DNA of 58,847 nucleotides from a virus (Duplodnaviria; Caudoviricetes): IMG/VR virus record IMGVR_UViG_3300014613_000029, positions 1 to 58,847 of that record; one strand, 5' to 3'. Shown piece by piece: positions 54,281 to 58,847 of this stretch (position 1 is its first letter; each line of letters starts with the position of its first letter). The notes under the pieces were generated by a model. It saw only the letters and a program-made list of their open reading frames with translations, ran no database searches and was not told where the DNA came from. The position numbers and the translations under genes were made by a program.

Positions 54281-56501
54281 GTTTCAATTCCTCCTGTTCA
54301 CTCCAATTATGACCGAATTTGTACGTAGCTTTGAACCTGTAATTACCTAGCTGTTTAATTGGCCTTTCAACTATCTTAGCTAGCTCTCTAACAACCTCCC
54401 TCACCTCCTTTCTTTTTGTATGTATCACTATTGAGTCGTGTACTGTAAGTCTAATATCAAAACCTTTTTTATACAGCTCGTTAAGAGTTGTTAAAGTTAT
54501 AAAGCTTGCAGAGCCTTGAAAGGGGTTGTTATAAGCTTGTGTTACTGAGTTTATTTTCCTGGAAGTGCCAAAGGCTGTGGTAATACTACCCGTTTCGTAG
54601 AACTCTCTTTCAACCTTATTCTTATAACGTAGCAGGCCCGGGTATTTATTCACACAAAGAGCCTGCCAATGCTCAGCTTCATAGGTAGAGATGCCAAATT
54701 CTATTGCTATAGAACGGGCAGTACGACCTCCAAGAGTACCAAAGAGAACTGCTTTTTCTCTGAACTGTTCTTCTTTGGTTAATTCGTCCCAGTCCTTGCC
54801 AAAGATAATCTTACCTAAGACGTGATGTGGTTTAACACCCCGTTTTACTTCTTCAAGAAGACCTGTCTCCCCTCCGAGGATAGCAGCTACGATTAGCTCT
54901 AGCTGACTATAATCACACTCTATTAAGACATCATCCTCACTATCTCCTGTGTAAATGATACGGTAGTAAGGAGGAATGTTCTGAAGGTTTGGCGCGCTGC
55001 TTGAAATGCGTCCCGTGCCCGTTCCTTCAGGATGATAGCTTGTATGAATTCGTCCATCCTCTAACCTTTGGTAAATTCCTTTAAGAAAGGTAGAAGCTCC
55101 TTTTGTCAAAGCGACGTAGTCTAAGCGTGCTTGCATTAGATCGGCGTGTGCATGGCCTCTTTTAATATGGTAGAGAAGAGTCTCTTCACGGCAGTCCTTC
55201 GTGTTGAAATATTTTGTAAGCTGTACCGGTGAGTTAGGGTTAAGTCCAAGGGGTGCAAAGAGCTCTTGATCAAAACGCTGAGCTTTCGGAATGAGATCAG
55301 CGTAGATCGCGGCAAGACAATCAACATCTACTTTTACTCCTACTCTTTCCATATAATTAAGGGTGAAGATTAAAGGCATGTAGATTTCGTCGAGAACTTT
55401 TAGGTTACCAGGTGTAAGCTGTTTGAGCTGAGCTTTCATAACATCATAGGTGACGTGAGCATCCCAGCAGTTGAACTCAAGTACTCTTTGAATTGGCATA
55501 CTACCGATCTGTTGCATTTCACGATTGGAGGGTTTATAAGCTTCATGCTTAGTATACTTCTCCCTAAGATAAGAGAGGTTTGTTGGTAAGTCACTTGCTA
55601 GGAGGTGTTCACCAAGGCGGGTGTCATACACTAAGCCTTTTACCTCGACACCGACACTATGCTCAAACGCACAGTCAAAAGAGCCATTCTGAGTAGCTTT
55701 CTTAAGCTTAGGGTGGTTAAGAAACCACTTGACCACTGCCTTGCGGGAGTCATGAGGTTCTCGATAGTAGAGAGCTATTGTTTTATCAGGCCTGTTACAG
55801 AATGAGATGCCGAGGATTTTGTCAAGGCGAGGGTTAAGGCCAGTAGTCTCAAGATCAAAAGCTGTCACATCATCACTACTTGTTAGGTACTCAATGAGTT
55901 CCTTTTCAGAAGGATCGAAGATGAACTCAGGTTTGTCAGCTACCTCAATTCCAGAGCTAGTGAAGAAGCTGCGAACCTTCTTAAGGTCTTCGACACTATC
56001 TTGAATCCACTGCCTTTGTCTCTGAACAAAGCTTGGGTGGAGAGCAGCTAAGACTTGACAGGTGTACCCCCATCTTGATAGGAGAGGAAAGAAATTACCA
56101 CGTACCTTCTGAATGTCAACTCGTCCAACGAGAGCTCTTAAGCTTGGCTTTCCCCATGCTATGATGAGTTCTGGTTGGAGGTCTTCGATCTCGGCCTGGA
56201 GGCCCGGTGCACAGCATTCTACTTCTTCGGTAGTAGGTGCTCGATCGTCAGGTGTAGGGCAAGCAATGAGGTTACCGATATTAAGCTTTCGCTTGTTCAG
56301 CCCTGCCTCTGCGAGAAGGCGGTAACACATCTTACCTGCTTTACCAGTAAACGGAATGTGAGTAAGCATTTCTGTCCCACCTGGATTCTGTCCAATGAAG
56401 AAGACAGGTAGTTCAGGCTCGTCGATGATCTGGCTCGGTACCCAATCGGTGTCGCGGAGGGGGCATGTTTCGCAGTTACTCTGAGGTCTCTTTTGTATCA
56501 T
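54264..56501 (-). CDS. polA: Family A DNA polymerase with N-terminal family-4 uracil-DNA-glycosylase-like domain and 3'-5' exonuclease
   Basis: CxxCPL, GQNPG, HPS (UDG); FDLETTG (ExoI); [25 protein letters not shown]. Confidence 0.93.
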
Positions 56502-56694
56502 TGATTACCTCCTTTTCTTTCCATTTATCAAAATAGTTAGCTAAGGCACAACATACTTCAGCATATCTATCTTTGCCTAAGCTTACCCAACACATATCAA
56601 GACCTTCATAGTTGTCGTCATGACAGGAAAGGCAGCAAGGTCCGGAGTAGTGGATTAACCTTCTGAAGGTCTTCTCGCTTATATACTTCTTCAT
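56476..56694 (-). CDS. Cys-rich hypothetical protein
   Basis: CCLSCHDD; coupled to queE. Confidence 0.55.
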   Translation of the reverse strand: MKKYISEKTFRRLIHYSGPCCLSCHDDNYEGLDMCWVSLGKDRYAEVCCALANYFDKWKEKEVINDTKETSE

Positions 56695-57341
56695 CGGATA
56701 CCAAGAAATTTGTGGAGTTGTCCGCAGAAACTAAATTCAGGGTGGAGAAGACAATAGTTCTTTGCGCTTTCCATATTTACATCAATAAGTTCATCTCTCG
56801 AACGATTGAGACCATGATAGAAGAATTTTGCTTTGGCTAATGGCATAAGGTAGAGCTTTGCTGCTTGCTTGACCACCATCTTCATCCTTACTTCGTCAAT
56901 GTACTCTTCCCAACCTAGAAGGCCACAAAGAAACTTAATCTCATCTGCAAGGCGGAAGGTAGTCTTGCTTAACGTCTCAACTGGACTCTTTGGCGAGACG
57001 GCGATCCAGGCGAATTGATAGAAGCCGTCTTGAATAGGTTGGGTACCGTTCGTTTCGAGATGAACTCTGAATCCGCAGACGTGAAGAGTATTGAGAAGCT
57101 CTTCAACTGGCTGGATGAGGGGTTCGCCTCCAGTGAGGACGACCTTCATAGAAGGGTACTTTAGAACTTCGTCTATGATCTCTTTAGTAGTCATAGGTTT
57201 GCGTTGATCGTGAATTGTGTCACAAAACTCACAATTTAGATTACAACCTGAAAGGCGAATGAACGACATTGGTGTGCCTGTCCATAGGCCCTCACCTTGG
57301 ATACTGTAGAAGATTTCTTGAGTGTAATATGTTTGCATCAC
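56691..57341 (-). CDS. queE: 7-carboxy-7-deazaguanine synthase (radical SAM)
   Basis: EIFYSIQGEG, CNLNCEFCDT, LTGGEP, ETNG, VSPK, QLHK. Confidence 0.95.
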   Translation of the reverse strand: MMQTYYTQEIFYSIQGEGLWTGTPMSFIRLSGCNLNCEFCDTIHDQRKPMTTKEIIDEVLKYPSMKVVLTGGEPLIQPVEELLNTLHVCGFRVHLETNGTQPIQDGFYQFAWIAVSPKSPVETLSKTTFRLADEIKFLCGLLGWEEYIDEVRMKMVVKQAAKLYLMPLAKAKFFYHGLNRSRDELIDVNMESAKNYCLLHPEFSFCGQLHKFLGIR

Positions 57342-57544
57342 TCCTCTCCTTTCTTTGTCAGTACTGTAGTAAACTCATCATAACATTGCCAACATGGCTC
57401 TCCATCTTCATCTCTAAGATCAAAGAAGGTGTTGTGAAGAGTACAATGCGAAGTTCCATCTGGGTTGAGTTCATATCTCTCTTTAACAGCTTCATCATAC
57501 CCTTTCCAGTCTGTGGTAGTACCAATAATTTTGGCGGTCATCAC
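57338..57544 (-). CDS. Hypothetical protein
   Basis: Coupled ORF. Confidence 0.55.
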   Translation of the reverse strand: MMTAKIIGTTTDWKGYDEAVKERYELNPDGTSHCTLHNTFFDLRDEDGEPCWQCYDEFTTVLTKKGEE

Positions 57545-57798
57545 GATCTATCCTCCTTTCTCTTCATCACTACGAGATTTGGCTTAAACTCACTGCAAGC
57601 ACGGTTGTTAAGGTTGACTACCGGGTAGTGACTGACAAGACCTTCGTCTTGAGAAGGCTGCCTAGTTAAAGGGTTGATGCTCACTCTTGCTATCTTAAAT
57701 ACCTTCGGCGGATGAGCGAAGCATTCACCTAATGGGTCTTCACCCAGACGAAACCAATGATAGCATTCTCCGCAGGTTTTTGAGTGTGGTCCTTCCAT
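57541..57798 (-). CDS. Cys-rich hypothetical protein
   Basis: CGECYHW...GEC..HPP...P.V....CSEF; common phage motif. Confidence 0.65.
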   Translation of the reverse strand: MEGPHSKTCGECYHWFRLGEDPLGECFAHPPKVFKIARVSINPLTRQPSQDEGLVSHYPVVNLNNRACSEFKPNLVVMKRKEDRS

Positions 57799-57971
57799 CT
57801 TTGTGATTACCTCCTTTCCTTTTCAGTTTGTGCATCTGTGGAACACCATATAACATAAAAAGGTTCTTTTCGTCTTGCATCCCAAAAAAGCATGCTCTCC
57901 GTCATGACCCTGAGACAGCCTGCATCTTTTGGTCCAAGCACAGCCTGCTGGATTGAATTTACTTTTACATC

Positions 57972-58316
57972 TTAGACGATTGCCCATCCTCCATCTCCTT
58001 CTTGAACTTTGATCGTGCTAACAGTTAAGTTTGCTGCTAATATAGTCTCAAGACACTCTTTTATATAAGTTGCAATGTTCTCGCAAGTTGGGATCTTGAA
58101 CCATGTGTTCAGGACATGATGGTCAAAAGGGTTAATGATTGCATTGACAAACAGTTTCAGCTTTGCTAAGTCCAATACCATTCCATCTTCTTCATTTACT
58201 AACCCTTTCACCTCAACCTCCACCGCCCAAGTATGCCCATGCATTTCCTTGCACTTTCCTGGATAGTCTGGTAAGTAATGTGCTGCGTCGAAGTGTGCCT
58301 TTATTCCAATTATCAT
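57972..58316 (-). CDS. queD: 6-carboxytetrahydropterin synthase
   Basis: FDAAH.L, CKEMHGHTW, GMVLD, DHHVLN, PTCENIA. Own AAGGAG RBS before ATG 58316, in frame with the longer ORF 57972..58766. Confidence 0.92.
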   Translation of the reverse strand: MIIGIKAHFDAAHYLPDYPGKCKEMHGHTWAVEVEVKGLVNEEDGMVLDLAKLKLFVNAIINPFDHHVLNTWFKIPTCENIATYIKECLETILAANLTVSTIKVQEGDGGWAIV

Positions 58317-58766
58317 CTTTTGTCTCCTTTTCTCTGCTTCTACCAGTTTATTGAGGCGGTCTTCAAGCTCATTTTCTTGTTGATTATGGGCCTCATTCTC
58401 TTCGAGGAGTTCTTTCTCTAGCTCCTTCACTCTCTTCTTCTCCTTTTCGAGAGCCTTCCTAAGTTGACAAGTCAAACAACTCTCATCGAGTTCAAGCATT
58501 TGTAAGCACTCAGGACACAACTTGCGATCAGATAAAACCCTTTCAAGCTCAGTTTGAATCTGACCATGAAGTTTACAGGCGTCCATAAGTTCATGTTCAT
58601 CATCAAAAACACAGGCACAATGATGTTTTAACTCCCTTTGTACCTTTTCGAGTTCAGAGAGAAGGGTTTGGATCTGTTCAGTGCTCCATTCCAAATCCAT
58701 AATATCCCCAGAGTAATTATTGACGGTGTATTTTATTTGATTAATTACGCCATTTGTCTCACTCAT
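58317..58766 (-). CDS. Coiled-coil/Zn-finger region reading in frame into queD
   Basis: GAGGAGG RBS before ATG 58766; no stop before queD. Confidence 0.55.
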
Positions 58767-58847
58767 TTTGCCTCCTCTAAAAGATTAATAAATGGAAAAT
58801 AAATCTCGTCAGGGATATTTTCAACACTAGAATCCACTAATAGCCAA
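58763..58847 (-). CDS. 3' part of the junction-spanning 65-aa protein
   Basis: In frame with 113..1; the TGA overlaps ATG 58766 (ATGA). Confidence 0.65.
   Translation of the reverse strand, partial: WLLVDSSVENIPDEIYFPFINLLEEAK

Noticed and set aside
55900-56501. UDG-PolA fusion as a novelty
   Set aside because: An N-terminal UDG-like domain on phage PolA is already known (SPO1-type); only the motif B changes are reported as unusual.
51923-58316. que genes as tRNA queuosine auxiliary genes
   Set aside because: No queA/queG/queH or canonical tgt; they cluster with polA and a DpdA-like gene, which indicates DNA modification.

Overview
The window looks like a complete, circularly permuted ~58.8 kb tailed dsDNA phage genome with podovirus-like architecture; no integrase, repressor or RNA polymerase was recognised. 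A minus-strand early/replication arm starts at an AT-rich control region (10.3-12.6 kb), runs left, wraps across the window ends and finishes at 47.6 kb. It encodes Sak4/RecB-like/SSB recombination genes, a UDG-fused PolA, a DNA ligase, a DUF3987-type helicase and a full 7-deazaguanine DNA-modification set (folE, queD, queE, queC, queF, dpdA-like, PurN-like formyltransferase). A plus-strand late arm (12.6-47.56 kb) encodes terminase, portal, scaffold, capsid, a sugar-modification trio, lysis, tail and ejection proteins. Two systems stand out. (1) A modular virion-effector system: ADP-ribosyltransferase-like and other domains are chained in polyproteins by repeated signal-peptide-like linkers (basic, then Gly-rich hydrophobic, then E-A-E-A|x-P). 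Free-standing genes with related N- and C-terminal tags are interleaved among the packaging genes. (2) Three integron attC-like sites flank small phage genes between folE and queD, with no integrase in the genome. All calls come from motif reading by eye; no searches were run.
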